From Candidatus Saccharimonadota bacterium (lineage in GTDB: Bacteria; Patescibacteriota; Saccharimonadia; Saccharimonadales; Saccharimonadaceae), in NCBI GenBank assembly GCA_016700015.1, contig CP064995.1, positions 810,001 to 842,000 on the forward strand: a stretch of 32,000 nt of DNA. The letters are read 5' to 3'. Below the pieces are notes generated by a model. The model worked only from the letters and a program-made list of their open reading frames with translations, searched no databases and was not told where the DNA came from. The stretch's first letter is position 1. Each line of letters starts with the position of its first letter. Both the position numbers and the translations under genes were made by a program. Positions 13,028 through 21,116 of this stretch are shown piece by piece.

Positions 13028-14236
13028 ATGCACAATCTACTCACCGTTATGCGGTTCGAAATAACACGAACTCTTAAGAAAAAATCATTCTGGGTTATGG
13101 CGCTCGGCTTCCCTGTCATGATCGCAGCTGTATTTGGCATTGTATTCATGTCAAATGTCTCAACTGAACAAGCCGCGAAAGACCTCGAGAAACAAAAATT
13201 TAGCCTGCAAATTACCGATACTTCCGGCCTCATCAAACCTGAGCTGGCTACTGCGTTCGGTGCAAAAATTGTCGACTCCAAAGGTGCTGCGATCGCAGCA
13301 GTCAAATCTGGCTCGCTTGACGCCTACTTTTACTACCCAGCTGACCTGTCAAAAAGTGAGATCGAGGTATATGCCAGAGATGTGGGTATTTTTGACAACG
13401 GCCGGTATTCGGGTGTCGCCAAGGCCCTACTCACGGCATCTGTCGAAAACTCAGTTGACGCCAACACGCGCGCCATTGTCAAAGATGCGACAAAGGGCAA
13501 AGTCACGACCTACCGCGACGGGGCAGAGTTCGACCCCGCCAAGCAGATGGTCCTCCCGGGCATATTTCTCGTACTGTTTTATCTGCTGATTGCATTCTTT
13601 GGCAACCAAATGCTAACCAGTACAACTGAGGAGAAAGAAAATCGCGTCATCGAAATGCTACTCACAACGGTGCAGGCACGCACACTGATCATTGGCAAGA
13701 TCTATTCGCTGATCATTCTCGCAGTAGTACAAGGACTCATAATCCTTGTACCCGCCCTCACTGGTTATTTTGTATTCCGCGATAAGCTCCAGCTCCCCGA
13801 CCTTGACCTTTCGTCGCTACCGGTTGACCCAGGCAGAATCGCCATCGGCGCCGTGATATTTATCGCGAGTTTCTTGCTCTTTACGGGGCTGATGGTGGCC
13901 ATCGGTGCCGCCGTCCCTACCGCCAAAGAAGCTGGCGGCTTCATTGGCCTTATCATGATGCTGATTTTTGGACCGCTCTACGCTGTTTCTCTCTTCATTT
14001 CTGCTCCCGACAGCCCATTCGTACGTTTTCTCACACTCTTCCCATTCACCGCACCAATACCAATGCTGCTACGCAATGCGGTCGGCAACCTGGAGCCATG
14101 GGAGATTACAGTAGGAATTATGCTACTTGTTATCAGCGCGGCACTTACCATGTCAATCGCGGTACGGATATTTCGCTACGGCGCACTCGAGTATAGTCGC
14201 AAACTCAGCCTCCGTGAGATATTTAGTCGATCATAG
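13028..14236 (+). CDS. ABC-2 type transporter permease (NatB-like)
   Basis: A 402-403-aa ORF. ATG 13028 lies 7 nt after GAGGAGGAGG; GTG 13025 is the alternative start. It has an N-terminal TM segment, a large extracytoplasmic loop and five C-terminal TM segments, and it overlaps the ATPase stop. Confidence 0.88.
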   Translation: MHNLLTVMRFEITRTLKKKSFWVMALGFPVMIAAVFGIVFMSNVSTEQAAKDLEKQKFSLQITDTSGLIKPELATAFGAKIVDSKGAAIAAVKSGSLDAYFYYPADLSKSEIEVYARDVGIFDNGRYSGVAKALLTASVENSVDANTRAIVKDATKGKVTTYRDGAEFDPAKQMVLPGIFLVLFYLLIAFFGNQMLTSTTEEKENRVIEMLLTTVQARTLIIGKIYSLIILAVVQGLIILVPALTGYFVFRDKLQLPDLDLSSLPVDPGRIAIGAVIFIASFLLFTGLMVAIGAAVPTAKEAGGFIGLIMMLIFGPLYAVSLFISAPDSPFVRFLTLFPFTAPIPMLLRNAVGNLEPWEITVGIMLLVISAALTMSIAVRIFRYGALEYSRKLSLREIFSRS

Positions 14237-14261
14237 ATGTGCACACCGTCTCGTTAGCTGC

Positions 14262-14296
14262 ATTAAAATCCCCCACGCGCGCGTGGCACATGGGGG
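14262..14296 (-). terminator. hairpin terminator between convergent genes (serves 14305..14739)
   Basis: CCCCCA-CGCGCGCGTGGCACA-TGGGGG at 14270-14296 has an inner CCACGCGCGCGTGG palindrome. On the minus strand it is followed by ATTTTAAT. Confidence 0.55.
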
Positions 14297-14304
14297 TAGT
14301 GGGG

Positions 14305-14739
14305 CTAATCTGCCCACTTGATGGACTTGTCCTTAGCCGCTTCTCGCAGCCGATCTGAGATTTCTCGGGCGCGCCGCTCCGTAGCAGCCCTGTCCTCCAC
14401 CCGCTGCTGCTCATCAAATTCCTTGGGTGACACACCACGAGAAAGGGCATCGTTCTTTGCCCTCATTCGTTCCGCAAACGCTTCAAGCGCGGCTTCTTTG
14501 TCGCCGCTATCGGTCGCATAAATCCCGTACCGACGGCGACCGGTCTCCCACGCCGACTCCTTGTCGGTGACAACCGACACCACCAGAAACGTCAGTGTTC
14601 TGATGAGCACGTACGCAGCGATCAGGAACACCACCAACCCAACAGGCCAGCTATGGAAGTAATCTCCAACTGCGCGCCCAGCAGCGACGCTCATGCCAAG
14701 GCATGCGCACAAGCCGATGAAATAAAGAAAAAGAACCAT
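14305..14739 (-). CDS. hypothetical membrane protein (2 TM segments plus a charged cytoplasmic tail)
   Basis: A 144-aa ORF with GAGGAG about 11 nt upstream. The N-terminal hydrophobic segments are followed by an Arg/Glu-rich helix-like tail. Composition is GC-rich. Confidence 0.65.
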   Translation of the reverse strand: MVLFLYFIGLCACLGMSVAAGRAVGDYFHSWPVGLVVFLIAAYVLIRTLTFLVVSVVTDKESAWETGRRRYGIYATDSGDKEAALEAFAERMRAKNDALSRGVSPKEFDEQQRVEDRAATERRAREISDRLREAAKDKSIKWAD

Positions 14740-14896
14740 TGTACCCTGTCTCCTCTGTATCGACGGATAATCAAAGATGATGATAACCTATTTGTTATAA
14801 TTTGTCAATGATAATGGCACGTCAGATGCTACAGACACGCCTGTATGTTTATGGTATAGTGTGCAACACACTTTCCCACAATCGAAAGGAACGGGA

Positions 14897-15523
14897 ATGC
14901 ACCTCACCAAAAACACCGTCGGGCGGCGCGTGCGCGCCTGGGTCATGGTAATCATGAGCCTTGCGCTCATTTTCAGTGGCGTCGAGATTGCCGTCGCCTC
15001 ATCCGCCTCCGCCGTCACGACCACGCAGACTGTGGTTACCAAGTCGGCCAAGAAGGTCGTCAAGAAGAAGGCGAAGAAGAAGAAGAAGAAGGCGAAGAAG
15101 AAGACTGCAAAAAAGGCGACGCCCACATACGCGCCCATCGCTGGCATCGATACCAGGTGCCAGGTGCCGGGCATCGCACTGTGTGCGAGCAAGGCCGCGA
15201 ACAAGTTGTTCGTTGTCGTCAACGGTCAGGTGGCCGGCGCCCTCGATACGCGCTTTGGCCGCCCCGGCATGAACACACCAAACGGCCTGTTCCATGTATA
15301 CATGAAGAACGCCAACGCGTACTCGTACAAGTACGGCGCGCGCATGCCGTTCTCACTGTTTTTCCTCCGCGGCTACGCGATCCACTTCAGTGACGAATTC
15401 ACGCAGTGGGGATGGTCCAGTCCGACCGGCGGCAGCCACGGCTGCGTCAACCTGCGCGACTGGGCAGGGGCGCAGTGGGTCTACAACAGCTCGCCCATCG
15501 GTACGCGCGTCGTCGTCTACTGA
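14897..15523 (+). CDS. L,D-transpeptidase (YkuD domain) with signal anchor and poly-Lys linker
   Basis: I use the internal ATG 14897, with AAAGGA 8 nt upstream. The C-terminal YAIHFSDEF...GGSHGCVNLR is the YkuD catalytic H...(S/T)HGC(V/I)(N/R) motif. The linker KKVVKKKAKKKKKKAKKKTAKKA follows the TM anchor. G+C is about 63% (38/60 in 15181-15240). Confidence 0.88.
   Translation: MHLTKNTVGRRVRAWVMVIMSLALIFSGVEIAVASSASAVTTTQTVVTKSAKKVVKKKAKKKKKKAKKKTAKKATPTYAPIAGIDTRCQVPGIALCASKAANKLFVVVNGQVAGALDTRFGRPGMNTPNGLFHVYMKNANAYSYKYGARMPFSLFFLRGYAIHFSDEFTQWGWSSPTGGSHGCVNLRDWAGAQWVYNSSPIGTRVVVY
15062..15103 (+). repeat. (AAG)n trinucleotide tract: (AAG)3 GCG (AAG)6 GCG (AAG)3, in frame in the L,D-transpeptidase
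   Basis: Read directly from the sequence. It encodes KKKAKKKKKKAKKK. Confidence 0.9.
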
Positions 15524-15605
15524 CGCAATCACCGCCGCGCCCGTTCATTCGGGCCGGCGGTTTTAAATTACTCATGAATTTCATCATATCGACAGATAAG
15601 CATAG

Positions 15606-15634
15606 TTGACAAAATGGTTATGATTTGCTATAAT
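15606..15634 (+). promoter_or_regulatory. consensus promoter (TTGACA-17-TATAAT with TGC) for the DAGK-family gene; leaderless
   Basis: TTGACA at 15606-15611 and TGCTATAAT at 15626-15634. ATG 15642 is 7 nt after the -10, with no Shine-Dalgarno. Confidence 0.75.
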
Positions 15635-15641
15635 AATATAA

Positions 15642-16583
15642 ATGCTTCAAACAGAAAAACGCGTCGTTGTCGTTCACAACCCACTCAGTACTCGGGCCGC
15701 AAAGATACAGGCTGGCGTGTTTAATCAGCTCGATGCGGCCGGGGTGCACTATGAGCCATTCCTAACGAAATATCCTGATACAGAGGCCAACATCGATGAT
15801 ATGCGCAACACATTCCAAGATGGAGATATCATTCTTTCGGCAGGTGGTGATGGCACTGCGATGCAAATTTCAAATGCCGTACTGCGCGAAGGCCATACCA
15901 ACACTCTGATTGGACCGCTAGGCTACGGCAATTTCCGTGACCTCGGCAAGGAGCAAAATCCTCTGCAACTGCTTGACTCGTCAGCACATGTTGTTGACGC
16001 TCATCCGATGACAATCGAGACGAATGGCCGCTACTTGCGCGATGCACCAGGCTATATGACACTTGGCTTCACAGCCATGGCAGCAAGTAGATTTGGTGCC
16101 TCAGCTTCACGCGAGCGAATGCGCAACCTACCCGAATGGACTAAGCTCGCAGCGAGTATTGGGCAGCTCGGTATGGACTATTTCGAGCTACGCGACCGCC
16201 TGCTGCCGGCCTTTCACACCAGTCAATCGCCCCTCGTGCAAAATGCCGTGACCGACATCCTAGCCATCAATAGCCGACAGGTTGGCCGTATTATTCGCTC
16301 TTCTACCGACTACCCCGCTGGTAGTACGTTTGGCTTCCGAACCAATAACGTTTCATCGATTATGCCAAATATTCCCTTTGGTCTCCGTGCACTCGCCGGG
16401 CGCGCACCCGCCCACCCCACCAATCACCTCACGGTCTATTTTGAGCAACCGTCGGTAGTTCCCTTCCAGACAGAGGGTGAATACGACGAGCTCCATGATG
16501 TTACCGAGCTATTTGTCTACAAAGACCCCGCAAAGGTGCTGCATCTCCTACGACCGGGCACTAGTCGTAGGCAAGAAAAATAG
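15642..16583 (+). CDS. diacylglycerol kinase catalytic-domain family lipid kinase (YegS/BmrU-like)
   Basis: A 313-aa ORF. The N-terminal VVVVHNPLS ... DGDIILSAGGDGTAMQISNAV carries the GGDGT motif of the DAGK/NAD-kinase-like fold. Confidence 0.8.
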   Translation: MLQTEKRVVVVHNPLSTRAAKIQAGVFNQLDAAGVHYEPFLTKYPDTEANIDDMRNTFQDGDIILSAGGDGTAMQISNAVLREGHTNTLIGPLGYGNFRDLGKEQNPLQLLDSSAHVVDAHPMTIETNGRYLRDAPGYMTLGFTAMAASRFGASASRERMRNLPEWTKLAASIGQLGMDYFELRDRLLPAFHTSQSPLVQNAVTDILAINSRQVGRIIRSSTDYPAGSTFGFRTNNVSSIMPNIPFGLRALAGRAPAHPTNHLTVYFEQPSVVPFQTEGEYDELHDVTELFVYKDPAKVLHLLRPGTSRRQEK

Positions 16584-16607
16584 AGGCCAGATGGTCTCTA
16601 TTTTTCT
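16571..16607. terminator. bidirectional hairpin terminator between the kinase gene and tRNA-Ser
   Basis: AGAGGCC-agat-GGTCTCT at 16582-16599 forms 7 bp including one G.T pair. It is flanked by ATTTTT on the plus strand and by a T-run on the minus strand (plus-strand GAAAAAT, 16575-16581). Confidence 0.65.
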
Positions 16608-16608
16608 A

Positions 16609-16700
16609 TGGCGGAGAGGATGGGATTTGAACCCACGGTACGAGTTGCCTCGCACACACGCTTTCCAAGCGTGCTCTTTCAACCACTCAGACACCTCTCC
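16609..16700 (-). tRNA. tRNA-Ser (anticodon GGA), long variable arm, CCA encoded
   Basis: The reverse complement is GGAGAGGTGTCTGAGTGGTTGAAAGAGCACGCTTGGAAAGCGTGTGTGCGAGGCAACTCGTACCGTGGGTTCAAATCCCATCCTCTCCGCCA. The acceptor stem is GGAGAGG/CCTCTCC. The anticodon arm CACGC-TTGGAAA-GCGTG gives anticodon GGA. The variable arm is GCGAG-gcaa-CTCGT and the T-loop is TTCAAAT. Confidence 0.95.
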
Positions 16701-16814
16701 AATAGGCTTATTATAGCTCAATCGACAGTGTTAGATAAAAGTTGTATTTTTCACCTCACAATGTATGCCATTCCGCTTGCAGTGCACCTACCCCCTGCAA
16801 CATACTAGGGACAG

Positions 16815-17723
16815 ATGGCACAACCCGACTTGGCAACACCGGTCATTGAACTACGGGCTCTTACCAAACGGTATGGGCTAGGTGATGCATGCTTCAACGC
16901 ACTTGACGAAGTCAGCCTCAAAATCGAGAAGGGCGAGTTTATCGCCATTATGGGGCCTAGTGGCTGCGGTAAAACCACGCTACTCAACGTGCTGGGCTTA
17001 CTTGATAGTGCAGACGAGGGCGAATACCTACTTGACGGCAACGCCATCGATCGCCTGGGCAGTGCCAAACACGCCCGCGTCCGTAGCAACCAGATTGGCA
17101 TGGTGTTCCAAAGCTTTAACCTGATTAATCGCTTGACGGTCCTTGAAAATGTGGCCCTCCCTCTCACCTACAAGGGCCTTGCGCGAACAAAACGACTAGA
17201 ACGTGCCAGTGAGGTACTGAAGCAGTTCCATCTGCAAGAACGCGAGTACTACATGCCCTGGCAACTGAGCGGTGGTCAAATGCAGCGTGTTGCTATCGCG
17301 CGGGCGCTGGTCAACGAGCCAAGCATTATTCTCGCCGACGAACCAACGGGTAACCTCGACAGTCGTAGTAGCCATGTCATTATGGAAGAGCTGAGCGAGC
17401 TTCACAAAAAAGGCAATACTATCATCATGGTTACGCATAACCCTGGGCTTACTAGCTACGCTAGTCGAGTGATTAATATGCTCGATGGCCGTATTGCCAG
17501 CGATACTCGTATCAAAGTTGATACAAAAGACGCCTATACCGTCACCAAAATCCCGCTCAACCGTCGCACCAATTTGGCAAAGGCAACGCGCGCCAAGCAG
17601 TCTGCCGAGAAAGCAAAGAGCCCCGCCGTAAAGCGCACAACGAAAATAGCGACCACCCCGAAGCCAAAAACGGCAAAGAAAAAACGTGCCACCCACAGCA
17701 AGAAGGACAGTAAAACGTCATGA
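16815..17723 (+). CDS. ABC transporter ATP-binding protein (MacB/LolD/FtsE-like) with Lys-rich C-terminal extension
   Basis: A 302-aa ORF. The motifs are Walker A GPSGCGKTTLLN, signature LSGGQMQRVAIARAL and Walker B ILADEPTGNLD. About 70 aa of K/A/T/P-rich tail follow (KATRAKQSAEKAKSPAVKRTTKIATTPKPKTAKKKRATHSKKDSKTS). Confidence 0.92.
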   Translation: MAQPDLATPVIELRALTKRYGLGDACFNALDEVSLKIEKGEFIAIMGPSGCGKTTLLNVLGLLDSADEGEYLLDGNAIDRLGSAKHARVRSNQIGMVFQSFNLINRLTVLENVALPLTYKGLARTKRLERASEVLKQFHLQEREYYMPWQLSGGQMQRVAIARALVNEPSIILADEPTGNLDSRSSHVIMEELSELHKKGNTIIMVTHNPGLTSYASRVINMLDGRIASDTRIKVDTKDAYTVTKIPLNRRTNLAKATRAKQSAEKAKSPAVKRTTKIATTPKPKTAKKKRATHSKKDSKTS

Positions 17724-18943
17724 TATTCGTTGATCACATCGAAAACGCCTATCACTCGCTAAGGCGTAACCGAGCACGCAGTGTTCTCACAACCCTCGGA
17801 ATCGCCATAGGTATCGCCAGCATCACCTGTATCCTTGCCTTGAGCAGCGGTGTGTCGCGAATGATTAACCAACAGATCGAAGCCTATAGTGGTAACCTCG
17901 TTGTTGTGCGTCCAGGACTACAAACCCGCGACCCCAATGCCCTCACTAACCCCGTGGCCCAGCAATCGTTTAGCACGAGTAGCCTTACTGAAGCGGATGC
18001 AGGCGCTATAGCGGAGCTCCCTGGCATAGATACGGCTGTACCAGTGATGACTGTTGACGGCACATTAAAATCACAAACCGAAACCATCGAAAATGGTGTT
18101 GTTGTTGCTACAACATCTGGTTTTACCAAGGTTGCCAACATCACTATGAAGAGCGGCCAATTCCTCGATGAATCGACCGATGCCAACACTGCAGTGGTCG
18201 GCGAGCAGCTTGCGATCGACCTCTTCGGCACAGAACGTCCAATCAGTAGTACATTCACAATCCGCGGCTTACAGTTCACAGTGATCGGTGTGATTAAAAA
18301 ATCGCAAAACCCCATCAATTACAACAATGTCGACCTCAACAATGCTGCGGTTGTCAGCCTTGCTCAGGGCAAGCAATTTCACCAATCCCGCGCTCAGATC
18401 CAGCAAATCAATGTGCTCGCTAAATCCGGCAGCAATATGCAGCAAATTGCCACTAGTGTGTCTAGTCGCCTCCTCCAAGCACATGGCGGCGAAAAAGATT
18501 TTTCCATCGCCGTCGGTCAAGATATCGGCAAGCCGACCAACCAGTTATTTGTGGCGCTCACCCAGGTAATGACCGCCATCGCCGCTATTTCACTGTTCGT
18601 CGGCGGCATTGGCATTATGAATATCATGCTGGTTGGCGTGGCCGAACGGACACGCGAAATTGGCATCCGTAAAGCTGTCGGCGCCAGCAATGCTAGTATC
18701 GTTTCACAGTTCCTGATTGAATCGTTGATGATGAGTCTCATCGGTGGACTGATTGGCTATTTCACTGGCTACGTACTCGCCTTCATTATCAGTACTCAGC
18801 TGTATTTTGCCCCTGCATTTACGTGGCAGGTTGCCGCAATTGCGCTGGTAATGGCGCTATGCGTCGGCCTTATATTCGGTATCTTCCCCGCCCTTAAAGC
18901 TGCTCGCAAAGATACGATTGAATCCCTGAGGCAATACCACTAG
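17720..18943 (+). CDS. ABC transporter permease, MacB/FtsX family
   Basis: A 407-aa ORF with an ATGA start/stop overlap with the ATPase. It has an N-terminal TM segment, a large periplasmic domain and a C-terminal FtsX-type 3-TM module (ERTREIGIRKAVGAS motif). Confidence 0.9.
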   Translation: MIFVDHIENAYHSLRRNRARSVLTTLGIAIGIASITCILALSSGVSRMINQQIEAYSGNLVVVRPGLQTRDPNALTNPVAQQSFSTSSLTEADAGAIAELPGIDTAVPVMTVDGTLKSQTETIENGVVVATTSGFTKVANITMKSGQFLDESTDANTAVVGEQLAIDLFGTERPISSTFTIRGLQFTVIGVIKKSQNPINYNNVDLNNAAVVSLAQGKQFHQSRAQIQQINVLAKSGSNMQQIATSVSSRLLQAHGGEKDFSIAVGQDIGKPTNQLFVALTQVMTAIAAISLFVGGIGIMNIMLVGVAERTREIGIRKAVGASNASIVSQFLIESLMMSLIGGLIGYFTGYVLAFIISTQLYFAPAFTWQVAAIALVMALCVGLIFGIFPALKAARKDTIESLRQYH

Positions 18944-19018
18944 TACTCACGCGGCCCTAGCGAAATTCAGCTCACTCTATCGCTGAGCTATATTACCAAG
19001 ACACAAACGGTGGGGGTC

Positions 19019-20065
19019 TTAGCTCAATTCTTTTTTGAACTTCTCAATCAAATCAACCTGTGTTGGGTCGACGCCATTTAAAATACCGACGTAAATACTA
19101 ACGAAGTCTGCTAGCACACACCCCCAAAGAATCTGCTTCATCACCGTATCGCCAGCAAGCGACACTTCGTTGGCTTTAGGCCGCCGACCGCTGAGCAGTT
19201 TGTCGCTCAGGGCGAAACGCTTTAAAATCTGCGGGTGTTCAAACTCACTCACTAGGTCAAACACGACAAATGGCTTTTCTACCGGATGGCTGGTCCAGCC
19301 CAAAAATTCATTGTGGTTAAACTCGGGGTAATAGTTCCAAAACGCCACATTTTTGGCATTTTCATTCCAACTAATCTTCCACTTATACGCCACCGGTGCC
19401 ATTAGGTTGCCAGCGTAGAACACAGGTGTTTTGCCAACAGCCGTCAGCGCCAGTTGCTTGGCATAGTTGTGTGTTGTCGGCATTTCTTTGGTCCATCCGT
19501 CGCTTTCGTGGTGCAGCCAGTCGGCAGCACTGTCCAGCTCGTCATATACATCGTGCGTAACCAAGCCATAAGCAATGAGGATCTTTAGCAGCACGCGCAA
19601 ATTGTAGATCATTCCCATGCGCGGCTGGGTATCATGGGGTATTTTACCATACATAATACGGTGGGCAGCAGCCATTTCCTGCAAGGTACCGCCTGTCGAA
19701 ATCACGGCGAGCTGCGGATTATGCCGATGCTCAATTGCTTCGGTGAAGCAACTGATTGTTTCTTCCGTATTGCCACTATGGCTACTCGCAATCACCAGTG
19801 TGTTGTGCTGCACGTACTTTGGAAGCGTATAGCTTTTTACGACATCAAACGGCACTTTTAATCTGTCACCGAGGAACGCTTTCACAACATCGGCTGCGAG
19901 CGCCGAACCGCCCATTCCTGCCACAACAACATCTTTTATTTCACGTCCGTCATGCTCAGCGTCTACTAGTTCGCAGTTGTAACTGACCTGCTCGTACAGC
20001 CGGGCTGCTACACCCAAAGCATCCTCGGGGTCCCGTTGTTTTAACACATTCACATCATCAAGCAT
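19019..20065 (-). CDS. bifunctional phosphoglucose/phosphomannose isomerase family (SIS domain)
   Basis: Part of ORF 19019..20068; I prefer ATG 20065, 6 nt after AAGGAG. VVVAGMGGSALAADVVKAF ... LVIASSHSGNTEETI are SIS-domain motifs typical of the PGI/PMI family. Confidence 0.85.
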   Translation of the reverse strand: MLDDVNVLKQRDPEDALGVAARLYEQVSYNCELVDAEHDGREIKDVVVAGMGGSALAADVVKAFLGDRLKVPFDVVKSYTLPKYVQHNTLVIASSHSGNTEETISCFTEAIEHRHNPQLAVISTGGTLQEMAAAHRIMYGKIPHDTQPRMGMIYNLRVLLKILIAYGLVTHDVYDELDSAADWLHHESDGWTKEMPTTHNYAKQLALTAVGKTPVFYAGNLMAPVAYKWKISWNENAKNVAFWNYYPEFNHNEFLGWTSHPVEKPFVVFDLVSEFEHPQILKRFALSDKLLSGRRPKANEVSLAGDTVMKQILWGCVLADFVSIYVGILNGVDPTQVDLIEKFKKELS

Positions 20066-20145
20066 CACCCACTCCTTGCGTATTCTTCTCTTCCTATGAT
20101 ACAGTATAGCTAAGCATAAGTATATTTTAATTTACAGGGGTGGGC

Positions 20146-20649
20146 ATGGACATTCAACCGCAATCAACTCAACCGATCAGTGATGATCAAGAACTCGCGA
20201 AGGTTTTGGCCGGCGTGACTGCTGAAGGCGATGATGAAGAAACAACAGGTGCAGCAATGAGTGATATCGTCGCGCCAGTTGCTGCTGGTCCGCCCCCTGC
20301 TGCTACGCCTGTAGTTGACAGCTCTACTCTTCCTGCAGAGCCCCAGCTTCCGCCCGTATCAGCCCCTCTGCCAGCTCCTTCGCTCCCCACAGTAGGTGGC
20401 GATGACCTCGGTAGCGTCAAGTCAGATGCAATTAATGAGCTACGCCCACTTGTAGACAAGCTCAATCTTGCGCCCGAAGAAAAGTTCGACACCTACCTCC
20501 TGCTCATCCGTTCTACCGACGACAAATCACTGGTTGCGCCAGCACACGAAGCCGCCAAGCAAATCACCGATGAAGCCCGCAAAGCTCAGGCGCTGCTCGA
20601 TATCATCAAAGAAATCGATTTTTTGTCCAACCCGCAGCAACAGCAATAG
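20146..20649 (+). CDS. hypothetical protein, Pro/Ala-rich N-terminal half
   Basis: Part of ORF 20140..20649; ATG 20146 follows GGGGTGGGC. It is followed by a strong terminator. I recognise no family. Confidence 0.65.
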   Translation: MDIQPQSTQPISDDQELAKVLAGVTAEGDDEETTGAAMSDIVAPVAAGPPPAATPVVDSSTLPAEPQLPPVSAPLPAPSLPTVGGDDLGSVKSDAINELRPLVDKLNLAPEEKFDTYLLLIRSTDDKSLVAPAHEAAKQITDEARKAQALLDIIKEIDFLSNPQQQQ

Positions 20650-20661
20650 TCACCCCTTTAT

Positions 20662-20700
20662 AGCAAAACATCCGCAACCCCCGCGGATGTTTTGCTTTAT
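20662..20700 (+). terminator. intrinsic terminator
   Basis: AGCAAAACATCCGC-aaccccc-GCGGATGTTTTGCT forms a perfect 14-bp stem at 20662-20696. It is followed by TTAT. Confidence 0.8.
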
Positions 20701-20756
20701 AGCTCAATTTGTGGTATCGTATAAAAAGGTATCCGCCCCCTACAGAAAGGCTGCTC

Positions 20757-21023
20757 ATGGGCAAGCAACTTCGCATCGACACCCGTGGTCTCAAGCTGAA
20801 GAAGCTAGTGACACGATTGCTCAGGGGAGAAGTAGTACGGCTGCGTGTGCACGAGCGTAATAGCTGGCGCCACCGCAAAGTCACGCTTGCTGTCACCGAG
20901 GGCCGACCACGACTGGGTATGGTTCACCAGAGTTATCCGGTGACTATCGGCCGCGAGCAACGGCCCGGCCACCTGGAAGTGTGCATGGACCACAGCTGGG
21001 CTTACCTGACCTTCGACGACTAA
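20757..21023 (+). CDS. small basic hypothetical protein (88 aa)
   Basis: Internal ATG 20757 of ORF 20709..21023 has AGAAAGG 7 nt upstream. The gene is flanked by terminators on both sides. Confidence 0.6.
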   Translation: MGKQLRIDTRGLKLKKLVTRLLRGEVVRLRVHERNSWRHRKVTLAVTEGRPRLGMVHQSYPVTIGREQRPGHLEVCMDHSWAYLTFDD

Positions 21024-21037
21024 TTAGTCGTCAACTA

Positions 21038-21067
21038 CCCCACGGTTCATTCCGTGGGGCGTTTCAT
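21038..21067 (+). terminator. intrinsic terminator
   Basis: CCCCACGG-ttcatt-CCGTGGGG forms a perfect 8-bp stem at 21038-21059. It is followed by CGTTTCAT. Confidence 0.7.
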
Positions 21068-21079
21068 AGCCATCACCTC

Positions 21080-21108
21080 TTGACTTTTTATTCCATTTAT
21101 GCTTAACT
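21080..21108 (+). promoter_or_regulatory. promoter (TTGACT-17-TTAACT) for 21117..21950; near-leaderless
   Basis: TTGACT at 21080-21085, spacer TTTTATTCCATTTATGC, and TTAACT at 21103-21108. ATG 21117 is 8 nt downstream. Confidence 0.6.
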
Positions 21109-21116
21109 AGAATCAA

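Noticed and set aside
14788-15295. ORFs 14788..15222 (-), 14961..15272 (+) and 14999..15295 (-) over the L,D-transpeptidase 5' half
   Set aside because: These are shadow or alternative-frame ORFs through the (AAG)n tract (poly-F, poly-R and poly-L translations). The YkuD-containing frame is the real one.
18969-18989. Hairpin AGCTCA-(9 nt)-TGAGCT between the convergent FtsX-permease and isomerase genes, as a terminator
   Set aside because: The stem is only 6 bp and AT-containing, with no clear T-tract on either strand. It is too weak to list as a feature.
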